Shown: positions 39,644 to 50,168, numbered from the stretch's first letter. The stretch: 64,000 nucleotides of DNA from an uncultured Verrucomicrobiales bacterium (GCA_938008215.1 CALLLS010000009.1:8300-72299), one strand, 5' to 3'. The notes: generated from the letters alone by a model not told the origin. Numbers and translations: made by a program.

Positions 39644-41118
39644 TGTCAAATAAAGAAAACCAAAGCCACTTTTCTGTAGAAGATATGGTGGATGCCGCCC
39701 ACGATAAAGCGAGTAGGGACCGAAACCCCGAGCAAAAGAAGGAAACACGTGAAGTTATCGTCCAAGAAGATGGAACAAAAGTGGTGCGCGTAAGAAGGAA
39801 AAAGAGAAAATCCTCGACGAATGATGAGCTCCTTTCTACAGCAGAAGATGAAAAGAAAAGCTATGTGAAATTGCTTTTGATCTCGCTCGCCGCTTTTGCA
39901 ACTATAGCAATTATCCTACTGGGCATCTTTTTCTTTAAAATCGCATATTATAATAATCCTGATTTCATAACAAACCTAGAGAATGCATTTAGCAAAAAGT
40001 TACATTCTAATGTTCAGCTAAACGGCTTCCGCTTAGGCCCTACTAATTCGATAATAAGGAAGGTAACAATTACTTCTAATACGAATGAGTATCCCTTCTT
40101 TAAGGGGGAAATTAGTAAGCTGAGTTTTAGTCATAAACCAGAAACAGTCATCTTTGGAGGTATCTCTGGAGGCGATTCTCATGGGCAATCTGCAAATTTC
40201 ATTTTTGATTATGATGAGCCAGTAGAAGTAAAAAAAATCAATGTCAGGCAAGATGACTTCTCTATACCTTTCGGCCATAAGAGTCTCGGTATATCTGAAG
40301 CGAATATCTCTTTTTCTTCAGCTAGAAATGCACCTCAGATTAAGGATGTAGGTCTAAGGTTTCTCATTAGAAGCGATGACAAAATGCAAGTGTTTCTTAA
40401 AAGTGGTAGAGTAGAGAACTTTCCGAATCTACCTAGCACCTTAGAGTCCGCTATAATAGTTAATGACGGAGAAGAGTTAGATATAAAGTCTATAAAACTT
40501 AGTAACGGATCTGTCGGGATTATTGATATAAATGGAGAGTATTCAAAGCTAACTCGGCTCCCCCAAACGTTAAACGCGGACTTCAAAAATATGCGTTTAG
40601 AAACCCTTCATAAAAACCTCTCTGAAATCATGGAAGCCCGCGTTAACTCAGAGAAAGGGACATTAGAGATTTCACCAGAGGCCAAGGTATTTGCCTTGAA
40701 TGCAGACTTACAAATGGCGAACGTTGGGTTTTCACTGAAAAATTTCAAATTTTTAGAGGATATCGGGGAGAAGCTCGGAGCATTAAGTTATTCTTACGTG
40801 CGTTTCTTAGATTCCACAGATGTCAGTATAAAGATTGATAAAGAAGGTTATACATTTAGTAATATTGACTTTGAGAAAAAAGGAAATCTTTCACTTTTGG
40901 GAGAATTCCATATAAGTAATGATGGCACTCTTAATGGACAACTTAAAGTGGGACTTCCTACTTCTAAAATTTTAAGAGAATATCCAGAAGTTCAACGAGA
41001 ATCGCTCACCACAAACAAGGGATATAGCTGGTTTGACGTCACTCTTTTTGGTAATACACAGGAGCCCAGAGATGATTTTTCTCAGAAGTTTGATGCCGTT
41101 GTAGACGCCTTAAATTAG
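39643..41118 (+). CDS. bitopic membrane protein of unknown function, translationally coupled to the secretin
   Basis: TAATG stop/start overlap with the secretin gene. Charged cytoplasmic N-terminus, one TM (LLLISLAAFATIAIILLGIFFF), and a ~390-aa external domain. Confidence 0.5.
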   Translation: MSNKENQSHFSVEDMVDAAHDKASRDRNPEQKKETREVIVQEDGTKVVRVRRKKRKSSTNDELLSTAEDEKKSYVKLLLISLAAFATIAIILLGIFFFKIAYYNNPDFITNLENAFSKKLHSNVQLNGFRLGPTNSIIRKVTITSNTNEYPFFKGEISKLSFSHKPETVIFGGISGGDSHGQSANFIFDYDEPVEVKKINVRQDDFSIPFGHKSLGISEANISFSSARNAPQIKDVGLRFLIRSDDKMQVFLKSGRVENFPNLPSTLESAIIVNDGEELDIKSIKLSNGSVGIIDINGEYSKLTRLPQTLNADFKNMRLETLHKNLSEIMEARVNSEKGTLEISPEAKVFALNADLQMANVGFSLKNFKFLEDIGEKLGALSYSYVRFLDSTDVSIKIDKEGYTFSNIDFEKKGNLSLLGEFHISNDGTLNGQLKVGLPTSKILREYPEVQRESLTTNKGYSWFDVTLFGNTQEPRDDFSQKFDAVVDALN

Positions 41119-41194
41119 CATTCTAATATGGCATGTATAATGCTTCTTAAGTATGTTTCCTTAATATCAAAATGTGTAGCCCAATAATACAGAA

Positions 41195-42433
41195 ATGAAC
41201 ATTGGCTTTGTTTCAACCCGTTTTTCGGGAACAGACGGCGTTTCACTAGAGACTCTAAAGTGGGCAGAGATTCTTAAAAACCAAGGGCACCAAGTCTTTT
41301 GGTTTTCGGGATTAAGTGACCATGACTCTCAAAATTCTATGTGTGTTCCAGAAGCATTTTTTGGTCACCCTGAAAATGCGTGGATCTCAAAAAGAATCTG
41401 GAATGTTGTTAAACGTGACCCAAAAGTGACGGAGAGAATAAGTGAGATGTCTAATTATCTTAAAGCGATGTTAAAGCGCTTCGTAGATAAATTTAACATC
41501 GAGTGTCTCGTGCCAGAAAACGCACTTACTATTCCTGTTCACGTTCCACTCGGGAAAGCGATCACAGAATTCCTCGCAGAAACGCAAATGCGTGCAGTAG
41601 CACATCATCATGATTTTTACTGGGAGCGTATACGATTTTCCGTGAATGCTATACCTGATATACTAGACATGGCTTTCCCACCACGGCTTCCGAACCTTAA
41701 GCATGCTTGCATAAATCAACAGGCTCAGGAACAACTTGCCTTACGCAAAGGAGAGAGTTCTACCCTAGTGCCGAATGTCTTTAATTTTGAGAAAGAACCG
41801 CCTGGGGTAGACGAATGGTCTGCTGATGTGCGCTCTGAAATAGGGATTGCTGAGGATGATATTTTAGTTCTTCAGCCTACTAGGATTGTTCCAAGAAAGG
41901 GGATAGAACATGCGATTAAGCTTCTCGCAATGATGGAAAACTCCTCACGGTGTAAGCTCGTCATTTCACATCCTGCAGGGGATGAGGGGTATGAGTATCA
42001 ATCAATGCTTCAAAAATTAGCAAAAGATGAAGGGGTAGATTTGAGGATTATCTCTGATCGCGTTTCAGAAACTCGGCAGCTTAATATGGAAGGCAAGAAA
42101 ATGTATACGCTTTGGGATGTTTATCAGCATGCAGACTTGGTCACTTACCCTTCAATTTATGAAGGTTTCGGTAATGCCCTTCTTGAAGCGTTTTATTTTA
42201 AGAAGCCTGTTATTCTCAATCGTTATTCTGTCTACGTCCAAGATATCGCACATAAGGGGTTCCAAGTCATTGAAATGGATGGCTATGTGACAAGAGAAAA
42301 TGTGCAAGAAGTAGAGCGGATTCTCCACGATAAAGAGCTCACTAAGAAAATGGTGGAAAAGAACTATGTGCTAGCCCGCAAGCACTATGGTTATGAAGCT
42401 CTCGGGAAAATCTTAGAGCCTCTTTTTAGTTGA
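41195..42433 (+). CDS. GT4-family glycosyltransferase
   Basis: GT-B fold. The C-terminal half contains the E-x7-E-like region YPSIYEGFGNALLEAF. Confidence 0.7.
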   Translation: MNIGFVSTRFSGTDGVSLETLKWAEILKNQGHQVFWFSGLSDHDSQNSMCVPEAFFGHPENAWISKRIWNVVKRDPKVTERISEMSNYLKAMLKRFVDKFNIECLVPENALTIPVHVPLGKAITEFLAETQMRAVAHHHDFYWERIRFSVNAIPDILDMAFPPRLPNLKHACINQQAQEQLALRKGESSTLVPNVFNFEKEPPGVDEWSADVRSEIGIAEDDILVLQPTRIVPRKGIEHAIKLLAMMENSSRCKLVISHPAGDEGYEYQSMLQKLAKDEGVDLRIISDRVSETRQLNMEGKKMYTLWDVYQHADLVTYPSIYEGFGNALLEAFYFKKPVILNRYSVYVQDIAHKGFQVIEMDGYVTRENVQEVERILHDKELTKKMVEKNYVLARKHYGYEALGKILEPLFS

Positions 42434-42464
42434 GTTCACTTCTTTAAACTATCGTTAACGTTTT

Positions 42465-44216
42465 ATGAAACTACTTCGCCGTCGAACTTTTGCTAGTATG
42501 AAAAAGCGTCTTGCTCACCTTTACGGGCATGATCGCACCGATGAGTTAGCAGACCGTCTCTATATGTTGATCGGGAGGTATGGTTTACAGCCACAAGGTG
42601 GAGAGCGAGGAACTTCTGAAATTCCGTATTGGGATGAGAAAGATGTGGTCCTCATTACCTACGGAGACATGGTCTCTAACCAAGGAGAGGCGACGCTGAG
42701 TACGCTAAAGAAGTTTTGTGACCTTAGACTATTTGGAGCTATTAATACGATTCACATCCTTCCTTTTTATCCCTATTCATCAGATGGAGGCTTTTCCGTT
42801 ATAGATTATCGTGCCGTAGACTCTAATTTAGGAACATGGTCAGATATTTCAAAGCTTGGGCAAACGTATGACCTAATGTATGATTTGGTATTGAATCATT
42901 GCTCAGTGGAGAGCAGTTGGTTTACGCAATACCGAAATAGAGTATATCCATATGCAGATTATTTCATAGAGGAAGGCCCCAATGATGAGCGCCTGAAGTA
43001 TGTAACCCGCCCCCGCCCCTGGCCACTTCTTACTGCAATGGAAACAGCAAAAGGAGAAAAACATGTTTGGACGACTTTTAGTGATGATCAGGTAGACTTA
43101 AATTTTAAGTCTCCAGATGTTCTCTTTGAATTTTTAGATATTCTCTTGAGATATATTGACTCTGGGGCGCGGATTATAAGGCTTGATGCAGTAGCTTTCC
43201 TTTGGAAAGAGCTGGGAACGAATTGTGTTCACCTTCACGAGACTCATGAAGTCGTAAAGCTTATGCGAGAAGTCCTGCAGACTGTGGCTCCTCAGGCGAT
43301 TTTACTGACAGAGACAAACGTCCCACATGAGGAAAATATTTCTTACTTCGGAGAAGGGGATGAGGCTCATATGGTCTACAACTTCGCTTTGCCTCCACTA
43401 TTACTACATGCTTTATTAAAAGGAGATACCAAATATCTGCAAGCATGGGCAAGAGAGCTGCCTCTATTGCCTGAGGGGTGTACTTTCTTTAACTTTACTG
43501 CAAGCCATGATGGTATAGGAGTACGCGCAATGGATGGACTAGTTCCTGATGAGGAATTAGATTGGGTCATAGAGCGCGTTAAGGAACGAGAGGGGCTAGT
43601 GAGTTATCGTGCTATGCCAGATGGGACACAGAAACCTTATGAATTAAATATTACGTATCGTGATGCGCTCTCAGACAAACAGAATAAAGCGCAGGGAGTA
43701 AGACGGTTCCTCTGTTCTCAAGCCATCATGCTAGGGCTTAGAGGGATACCAGGAGTCTATTTCCAGTCGATCATTGGAGCAAGGAACTGGCAGGAAGGTC
43801 CAGAAACAGAGAGTGGTGAGAAGCGAGACATTAATCGCCAGCGATGGGATTGGGATGCTCTTAACGATACCTTAGATAATAGTGATAAAGATCAAGCATG
43901 GATTCATAATTTATATGTCTCTATGCTAAGGGTAAGAGCTACGCATCCTGCATTTCACCCAGCTGCTGCGCAAAAAATTATTCCTACTGAAAGTGAGCTC
44001 TTCAGTTTTATAAGAATAACTACAGACGGCGAACGAAAGATTCTATGTATCTATAACTGTAGCGATGAGCCACAAACATTTGCTCAAAGTGTGATTGTTG
44101 AGGCACTTGGTGAAAGTCAGCAATATCGTGACATTCTGAGTTCTGCGCCGATAGAATGGGGTGATGAATCGCAGATTGAGCTAGGTCCGTATCAATACCT
44201 TTGGGCAGAGGGTTAA
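42465..44216 (+). CDS. sucrose-phosphorylase-family glycoside phosphorylase (GH13)
   Basis: The nucleophile block RLDAVAFLWKE and the acid/base block LLTETNVPHEEN are typical of the family. Substrate cannot be determined. Confidence 0.75.
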   Translation: MKLLRRRTFASMKKRLAHLYGHDRTDELADRLYMLIGRYGLQPQGGERGTSEIPYWDEKDVVLITYGDMVSNQGEATLSTLKKFCDLRLFGAINTIHILPFYPYSSDGGFSVIDYRAVDSNLGTWSDISKLGQTYDLMYDLVLNHCSVESSWFTQYRNRVYPYADYFIEEGPNDERLKYVTRPRPWPLLTAMETAKGEKHVWTTFSDDQVDLNFKSPDVLFEFLDILLRYIDSGARIIRLDAVAFLWKELGTNCVHLHETHEVVKLMREVLQTVAPQAILLTETNVPHEENISYFGEGDEAHMVYNFALPPLLLHALLKGDTKYLQAWARELPLLPEGCTFFNFTASHDGIGVRAMDGLVPDEELDWVIERVKEREGLVSYRAMPDGTQKPYELNITYRDALSDKQNKAQGVRRFLCSQAIMLGLRGIPGVYFQSIIGARNWQEGPETESGEKRDINRQRWDWDALNDTLDNSDKDQAWIHNLYVSMLRVRATHPAFHPAAAQKIIPTESELFSFIRITTDGERKILCIYNCSDEPQTFAQSVIVEALGESQQYRDILSSAPIEWGDESQIELGPYQYLWAEG

Positions 44217-44283
44217 AATATCCTGATTTTTTTAAGATAATTCGTTGCGTTTTCCATAATGCTCCACCATCGTACTAAGACTA

Positions 44284-46116
44284 ATGCACGAAGATGTTCA
44301 AAAGCTAGTCGACGCAGGGAGAATTTCACAAGCTGTAGGTGAAAAATTGTCTACTCTTGCACCTGGAAACTATGTGCTCCACGGAAGCTGGGGAGCTGGA
44401 AAAGTAAAAGAGTGGGATCTATTTGGAGGGAAAGTGACGATCGACTTTGAAAAGTCTGAAAGTCAAGCCATGGGGCTAAAGCTTGCTTTGAATAAATTAG
44501 AACCTTTAGAAGAAGGTGACATTCGCGTCCAACGCTTGAATTCTCTCGATGAACTTAAGGAACTTGCAGAGCGCGATCCGGGTGAAGTCATTGTTCGCCT
44601 GCTTAATGCTCATGGCGGAAAGCTGACGCCAGACCAAATTGACACAGAGCTTTCTGGTTCACTCATTGATGAAGATAAATATAAAAAGTGGTGGGATAAG
44701 GCTAAAAAATCTCTTCGTGAGTCTAAACGTGCCAACGTGCCAACTAAGAGAACGGAACCTCTTACTCTTCGTGATGCGAATGAAAGCCCTATAGAGTTTC
44801 TCGTAAATGAATTCGAAGAAGCGCGGAATCTTAAAAGTAAAGTTAAAGCTCTAGATGGAGTGAAGTCCGAAGAGCAGGCGCTTAGTGAGGACTCATCCTT
44901 TATTGAGCGTATTGTTGCTCAAGTAGAAGAGGTGTCGCGTAAGTCAATGAAGCTACAAGCAGGGCTTACTTTTGAGCTTCTCTGTATGAGAGATGAGCTC
45001 GTCGATTTAGTAAAAGACTACACCCTTCCAGGCAGTAGCTTTAGAATTCAGGAAGCATTACAAGAATATCCTGGTGGACTAGCGGAAGCAACCTCAGCGC
45101 TTGCATCCTCTCGTCAGCGCAGGATTTATGAAGCCTTTCCAGAAGCATACGAAAGTAAGTGGATCCCTAAGTTGCTCGAAATTTTTAATAACATCGGAAC
45201 GCGTGGAGTAGGTGAAATCGCTAAAATTTTAGAAGAAAAAGGCGAAGAAAAATCTCTCCAAAAGCATATAAAGAAAGCTCTCTCCTTAAGAACGCTTGGT
45301 CCTGATGCCCTATCATGGATCTGTAGAGAAAGAAACAAAACTGCCGAAGCGAGCTTCTCTCACCAAGTCGGATTGTCCGTCCTTAACAACATCGAGTCTG
45401 ATTATTTAGAAGATGGACCTAGAAAAAGTAACCGATTACAAGCGCTGGTTATGGAAGATAGAGAGCTTATTACTGATTTCCTTAAGGATGTAGATACTAA
45501 CGATATTTCAAACTTCGCCAAAAAGCTTCTGAATTCGCCTGCTTTCCCTGACCTTGATCGGAAGTCCTTAATGGCGCGTATAATTAAGACTTACCCAGAT
45601 ACAGGTGAACTGATGAAAGGGTCTGTTACGAAGCGCGATAAGAGCCTGATTGTATCATGGGAATCGCTTGAGCGAAAAAAAGAGGAATATAAAGACCTTG
45701 TTGAAAACCGCATCCCTCAAAATATTAAAGACATCTCCATTGCACGAAGCTACGGAGATCTTAGAGAAAACTTTGAGTATAAGGCCGCGAAAGATATGCA
45801 AGCCGTTCTGAACCGCCGTAAGGGAGAAGTAGCGCAAGAGCTGAACTTGGCTAAACCAACAGACTTTAAAGGGGCTGACAGCTCAGCAGTAAATGTAGGA
45901 ACGATAGTAACACTCAAAGCTGAAGACGGAAAAGTCGTGGACTATACTATTCTTGGCGCATGGGACGGAGACCCAGAGAAGAAAGTTCTTTCTTATAAAT
46001 CGGTCGTTGCAAAAGGTCTCATAAACAAAGAGGTAGGGGAGAAAGTCTCCGTTTTAGACTTTGATACTGAGAAAGATGTTTCTTTCGTCATCGATGCCAT
46101 AAAAGCTTACGCATAA
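44284..46116 (+). CDS. long GreA/GreB-family protein with CarD/TRCF-RID-like N-terminus
   Basis: The C-terminal part contains GDLRENFEYKAAKD and a Gre C-domain (VGTIVTL...YTILG). The N-terminal NYVLHGSWGAGKVKEWD...IDFEK resembles a Tudor-like RNAP-interacting domain. Confidence 0.6.
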   Translation: MHEDVQKLVDAGRISQAVGEKLSTLAPGNYVLHGSWGAGKVKEWDLFGGKVTIDFEKSESQAMGLKLALNKLEPLEEGDIRVQRLNSLDELKELAERDPGEVIVRLLNAHGGKLTPDQIDTELSGSLIDEDKYKKWWDKAKKSLRESKRANVPTKRTEPLTLRDANESPIEFLVNEFEEARNLKSKVKALDGVKSEEQALSEDSSFIERIVAQVEEVSRKSMKLQAGLTFELLCMRDELVDLVKDYTLPGSSFRIQEALQEYPGGLAEATSALASSRQRRIYEAFPEAYESKWIPKLLEIFNNIGTRGVGEIAKILEEKGEEKSLQKHIKKALSLRTLGPDALSWICRERNKTAEASFSHQVGLSVLNNIESDYLEDGPRKSNRLQALVMEDRELITDFLKDVDTNDISNFAKKLLNSPAFPDLDRKSLMARIIKTYPDTGELMKGSVTKRDKSLIVSWESLERKKEEYKDLVENRIPQNIKDISIARSYGDLRENFEYKAAKDMQAVLNRRKGEVAQELNLAKPTDFKGADSSAVNVGTIVTLKAEDGKVVDYTILGAWDGDPEKKVLSYKSVVAKGLINKEVGEKVSVLDFDTEKDVSFVIDAIKAYA

Positions 46117-46177
46117 ACTCTTCCAAAATAAGACGAGCCTGAAGAGAGAAAGTGCAGAGCTTTCCTTTTTAGGTTTT

Positions 46178-46882
46178 TTATTGTCGCGAAGGGAGCTTTT
46201 TTAAGGTCTTAAAGGCTTCTTTCTTTTTTCCGAATGTGAGGTCGTCTCTGAGATTTAAGGGAGGAGAGTATTGCATGTGTGGGATCATCGCGGCTTGTTG
46301 ATGTTTTCCGCCTCTATCCAAAAGAATGAGAGTGTGTCCAACGCGTTCTTCAGGCTCAAAGCATCCTAATTTTTGATCTGCAATCTTTAGAGAAAAGGGC
46401 GTGCCCTTCCATTTAGCATAGTGTGTAGCCCCCATGGCAGAAATAAAGACTTCATCGAAGTTAAGCTGTAAATAGAGATCTTCTTTTGAAAAAGAGAGGA
46501 GCTTAAGTGGTAAAACACCTTTAGGGAGACGCTCTTGAAATTCTGTGTTAAGAACAACAAGGCGAGGCTCGAACGAATCTTTACTTTTATTAAATACGGG
46601 TAGTGCGATCGCTGTAGTGGTCTTATTTTTTTCTATCTCCAGCTTTATGGGGCTTATAGTGAGACCATCACTAAAAAGCTTTAAACTGTATTTGCCGACC
46701 TTAAAATAAATTCCAGAAATGTCGTCTCCAGAGGTCATTGGTTCTTCAGTCAACCGCTTAGAACCTAAGAAAGGGGTAAAGGTTTCATTCGGCCCCATAA
46801 GATTGTAAACCCTCAAAAATCCGACATCTGGTTGCCCGAGCGCTAGAGAGGCAATGGAGAGTAGAACAAGAACGGCTTTCAT
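46178..46882 (-). CDS. secreted hypothetical protein, last gene of the pseudopilin operon
   Basis: Has a signal peptide. ATGA overlap with the upstream 1092-aa gene. Confidence 0.5.
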   Translation of the reverse strand: MKAVLVLLSIASLALGQPDVGFLRVYNLMGPNETFTPFLGSKRLTEEPMTSGDDISGIYFKVGKYSLKLFSDGLTISPIKLEIEKNKTTTAIALPVFNKSKDSFEPRLVVLNTEFQERLPKGVLPLKLLSFSKEDLYLQLNFDEVFISAMGATHYAKWKGTPFSLKIADQKLGCFEPEERVGHTLILLDRGGKHQQAAMIPHMQYSPPLNLRDDLTFGKKKEAFKTLKKLPSRQ

Positions 46883-49800
46883 CGTGCTGCGGAGTATGTC
46901 TTAATGACTGGTATTTTGGTGGAGTCTGCTGAACAACTTGTACCTAAAGCTGAATAATATTGCGGTTGTATCGTTACATCTAAGCATTTGGTTGCGGATC
47001 TGGTCTCGCCGTTGTGATTGTATTCTGCCTTTATGTGGATACGATAAGAACGAGATTTAGTGGTGAAAAGATCATTGGTTCTACGGAAAAGCTCTTCTCG
47101 CCCTTCATCACTCCAGACGCCCCGCTCTATACCAAACCCATTAGTTACAGAGCGATTCCCCTGATAAAGAGCCTTCTCACCGAAAAGATACAAATTACGG
47201 CCGTCTAGGGTTGCTCTCGCGAGGGCAATGTCAGAAAGTGAGAGAAAGGGAGACTGTCCTCTACAATCTGTAAGACCCTCGACTAATGGATTTGCTATTT
47301 TTGAGGAGACTTCTGAACGAGGCTGACGTGTGAATGAGCCCAAAATTTCATCATCCTCATGTGTAAACCCTGCGAAAAGCATTTGTAATACTTTCTTGGG
47401 TGCTGTGTTTAAGTTGATTCGAGATTTTAGGGAGCGAAGCTCGGACTCAGTGACGCGAAATTGGTCCAGCAGTCTAGAGGCTTCATACCCTTCTCGTCCT
47501 CCGCCTACCAATCGGTCATAGCTGGGGTCAGCATATGGATCAAAGGCATTAAATTCAGGGCTGCCAATTGCTAGGGTGATCCCTCCTCCATAGTTTCCAA
47601 GATGTTCCCGATCAAGATCTTGCCCGTAGTATGCATAATCTGCACTTAACGAGGTAGTGTAGTCAGTGCTATCGCTTTCATCGTCTGGGGTGTTATCATT
47701 ATTATGGGAGGTCTGTCGCTTTATGTCTTTCCACTGAGCGGGGTCATAAATATTACCTAACTCTCCAAGACTGAAATAACTCCCTGCATTTGAAATGGGC
47801 TGAATAAATTTTTTCGATTCTGTTTTAGGATATGGGATCACTGTATTCCCGGCGATAGGAGAGCCTTCTAATATATATCCTTTTTCACCAGGAAGGTAGG
47901 TAGAACGATGGCTACGCGTAGAAGGTGGATGAATACCGAACGCACCATTGTAATATCCATCTGGGAACTTAGCCGCTATATTCATCCTCCTATCAATACT
48001 TAGATCTAAGTGCTTCTGTCCGCCAAAGCATGCATTAGCGTAGCTCGTGGTGTAATGCCCATAGGGCCCGAAAGTGAGCGTTCTAATGGCATATGCATTA
48101 TTTCTCGGATCTCCGACGATTCCCTCATACCTTAATGGGAGACTCAAATAAGCGAAGGTGTGCCCATCTCGGCTACTAGTATCGCTATATACAGCGGTCG
48201 CCCCCGTTCCCCAACGGAAAGGGGTTTGGAAGCCGCACACTTCTTGAAATTGGTCTTCAGAAGTAGGTGGTGGAGAAGCATCGTTCATCCCATACCAGTA
48301 TAGTTTACAGATATTGACTCTAGAGAAATCTCTTTTCGCAGAGGCACTATCGGAAGAGGCTCCAATGAGGTAGTGGGCATAGCCATCTAAGCCGTCTTCC
48401 CCATCAAAGTCATGGCTGCCAAAGTAATCTACAGGAGTGGGGTTTAATGAGTCATCAAGATAATCTAGAGTGACTTCTATGACTTTATGCTCATTGGCGC
48501 TTAATCTCACCGCTCCGTTCCAGTAAAAGAGCTTTATCTTTCCAATGGGATACTCTACTAGTTCGGTACTGATGTAAGCGAGGCTATCCGATGGGAGAAA
48601 CTCAAATTTCACATACCCCTGAATATCTTTATTCGTAGGGTTGTAGAGCCCTAAAAAGGTTCGCACCTCTATCGCATTTTCACCTCCTGAGAATCCCGCA
48701 GAGACTTTACTTCTCTGCGCGACATCCGTTAATAAAGGTGCGGATTCTATTCCTCGATAAAAGCTACGGCTGGCATCAAAATTTACATCATCTAACGTAA
48801 TGTTCTCTCCTGCAGGTAATTGTAAATCGAACCTCTTACTTATTGAGTTAGGGTTAGAGTCGGCATAATCGATGATGTTAGCCGCGAGGGTTTTAGTGTA
48901 AGACTCTGAGGTCCGAAGCCCTCCATAGCGTGTGTTAGAAACGTTATCGTTGGTCACAGAGATTCCAATTGCTTGATATTCAGAAGGGGTATCTTTAAAC
49001 CCTCTCACATTCTTTATCTGATCTGAAAGTTCTGTTACTAATAGTTCTCGCTCGTCACCAGTAGTAGCAGCGTCTGCACGAGAAATGATGTTATTTAAGT
49101 TCATCTTTAGTTCGCCTGCATTCTGATATCCATGCCCATGGGGAACGGTCTCTAACTCATAGGTATTAGAAAGTCCGACCGTGACGTATCTTTTAAAGTC
49201 TATGTAATCTGCCTCTAGTTCTGAGGTGATTATTGAGGGGTTTAAGGCATACGGTGCAGGATTACTCTGAATAATGGGTTCGAACGCGTGGGCAATTCCA
49301 TTACTTATTCCTTCTGTAGGGTTTTCTAACCTGTTACCTAATGGGTCAGTGAAATCTACAGGGTATTCTTGATCGCTGATGCTGGTATTATTCAGGATAT
49401 TAAAGCCCAAATGTCTTTGGTCTAAGATCTTCATCTCATAACGCCCTTCAATTTCACTTTGTAAAAAAAGCCCTTCTTTCTCATCTGCGAGGACGCTGCT
49501 GAGAAGACCGCTTGGCGAAGCTAATGAGGTCTCATAAGGAAGCGATGGAGCATAATTTGTACTTTCTAATTCTGCGTTTTTATAGATCAGAGACTCATAA
49601 TCCAGAAGCCCGTTGAGGTCTTCTATCCAGAAAGAATAGGAGGTTTGAGGATTGCCGTTTTCTTCTTCAATAACGACCCGAGGCGCATTGAAGGAAATCG
49701 TTTGTGTGTCATCACTCGATTTGTATGCGAGATTGTTCATACTAATAGGCAGCCTTCCTACATCTAGGGTATCATCGTATGCCACGTATCGGTCATTTAT

Positions 49801-50157
49801 AGGCGTATCTTTTTTCTGTAGCGAAGCTCCGCTATAGAGTGGTTGATGATACCATTGGCTACTTACGGGATCATACCAAGAAACGAGATAGTATTCTGCA
49901 TCGTCACTGGCATCTTGATGCACATGTGTGATGAAGTTATCCCGATTAGTGGCTTGGGAGAGCATGGATATCGCATCACTCTGAGCGGACTCTAATGCTA
50001 AATTGAGCTTAAAGTGCTCGGTTTGCGTCTGCGCTGATTTTTGTGAGGTTTTAGAAATGTTGAGAGCAGCGATCGCTAAGAGAAGTAGACCTGAAATGGC
50101 GAGGATAACAATAGGAAGCGTGAATCCATTGGTGTTACTAAGCCCTGCCCGTTTCAT
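46879..50157 (-). CDS. giant GspK/PilX-like minor pseudopilin (1092 aa)
   Basis: N-terminus NG/FTLPIVIL lacks Glu+5. FWIEDLNGLLD lies near residue 180. RINLNTAPKKVLQML and TTKSRSYRIHIKAEY lie near the C-terminus. Confidence 0.6.
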   Translation of the reverse strand: MKRAGLSNTNGFTLPIVILAISGLLLLAIAALNISKTSQKSAQTQTEHFKLNLALESAQSDAISMLSQATNRDNFITHVHQDASDDAEYYLVSWYDPVSSQWYHQPLYSGASLQKKDTPINDRYVAYDDTLDVGRLPISMNNLAYKSSDDTQTISFNAPRVVIEEENGNPQTSYSFWIEDLNGLLDYESLIYKNAELESTNYAPSLPYETSLASPSGLLSSVLADEKEGLFLQSEIEGRYEMKILDQRHLGFNILNNTSISDQEYPVDFTDPLGNRLENPTEGISNGIAHAFEPIIQSNPAPYALNPSIITSELEADYIDFKRYVTVGLSNTYELETVPHGHGYQNAGELKMNLNNIISRADAATTGDERELLVTELSDQIKNVRGFKDTPSEYQAIGISVTNDNVSNTRYGGLRTSESYTKTLAANIIDYADSNPNSISKRFDLQLPAGENITLDDVNFDASRSFYRGIESAPLLTDVAQRSKVSAGFSGGENAIEVRTFLGLYNPTNKDIQGYVKFEFLPSDSLAYISTELVEYPIGKIKLFYWNGAVRLSANEHKVIEVTLDYLDDSLNPTPVDYFGSHDFDGEDGLDGYAHYLIGASSDSASAKRDFSRVNICKLYWYGMNDASPPPTSEDQFQEVCGFQTPFRWGTGATAVYSDTSSRDGHTFAYLSLPLRYEGIVGDPRNNAYAIRTLTFGPYGHYTTSYANACFGGQKHLDLSIDRRMNIAAKFPDGYYNGAFGIHPPSTRSHRSTYLPGEKGYILEGSPIAGNTVIPYPKTESKKFIQPISNAGSYFSLGELGNIYDPAQWKDIKRQTSHNNDNTPDDESDSTDYTTSLSADYAYYGQDLDREHLGNYGGGITLAIGSPEFNAFDPYADPSYDRLVGGGREGYEASRLLDQFRVTESELRSLKSRINLNTAPKKVLQMLFAGFTHEDDEILGSFTRQPRSEVSSKIANPLVEGLTDCRGQSPFLSLSDIALARATLDGRNLYLFGEKALYQGNRSVTNGFGIERGVWSDEGREELFRRTNDLFTTKSRSYRIHIKAEYNHNGETRSATKCLDVTIQPQYYSALGTSCSADSTKIPVIKTYSAAR

Positions 50158-50168
50158 CAGCCCTGTTC

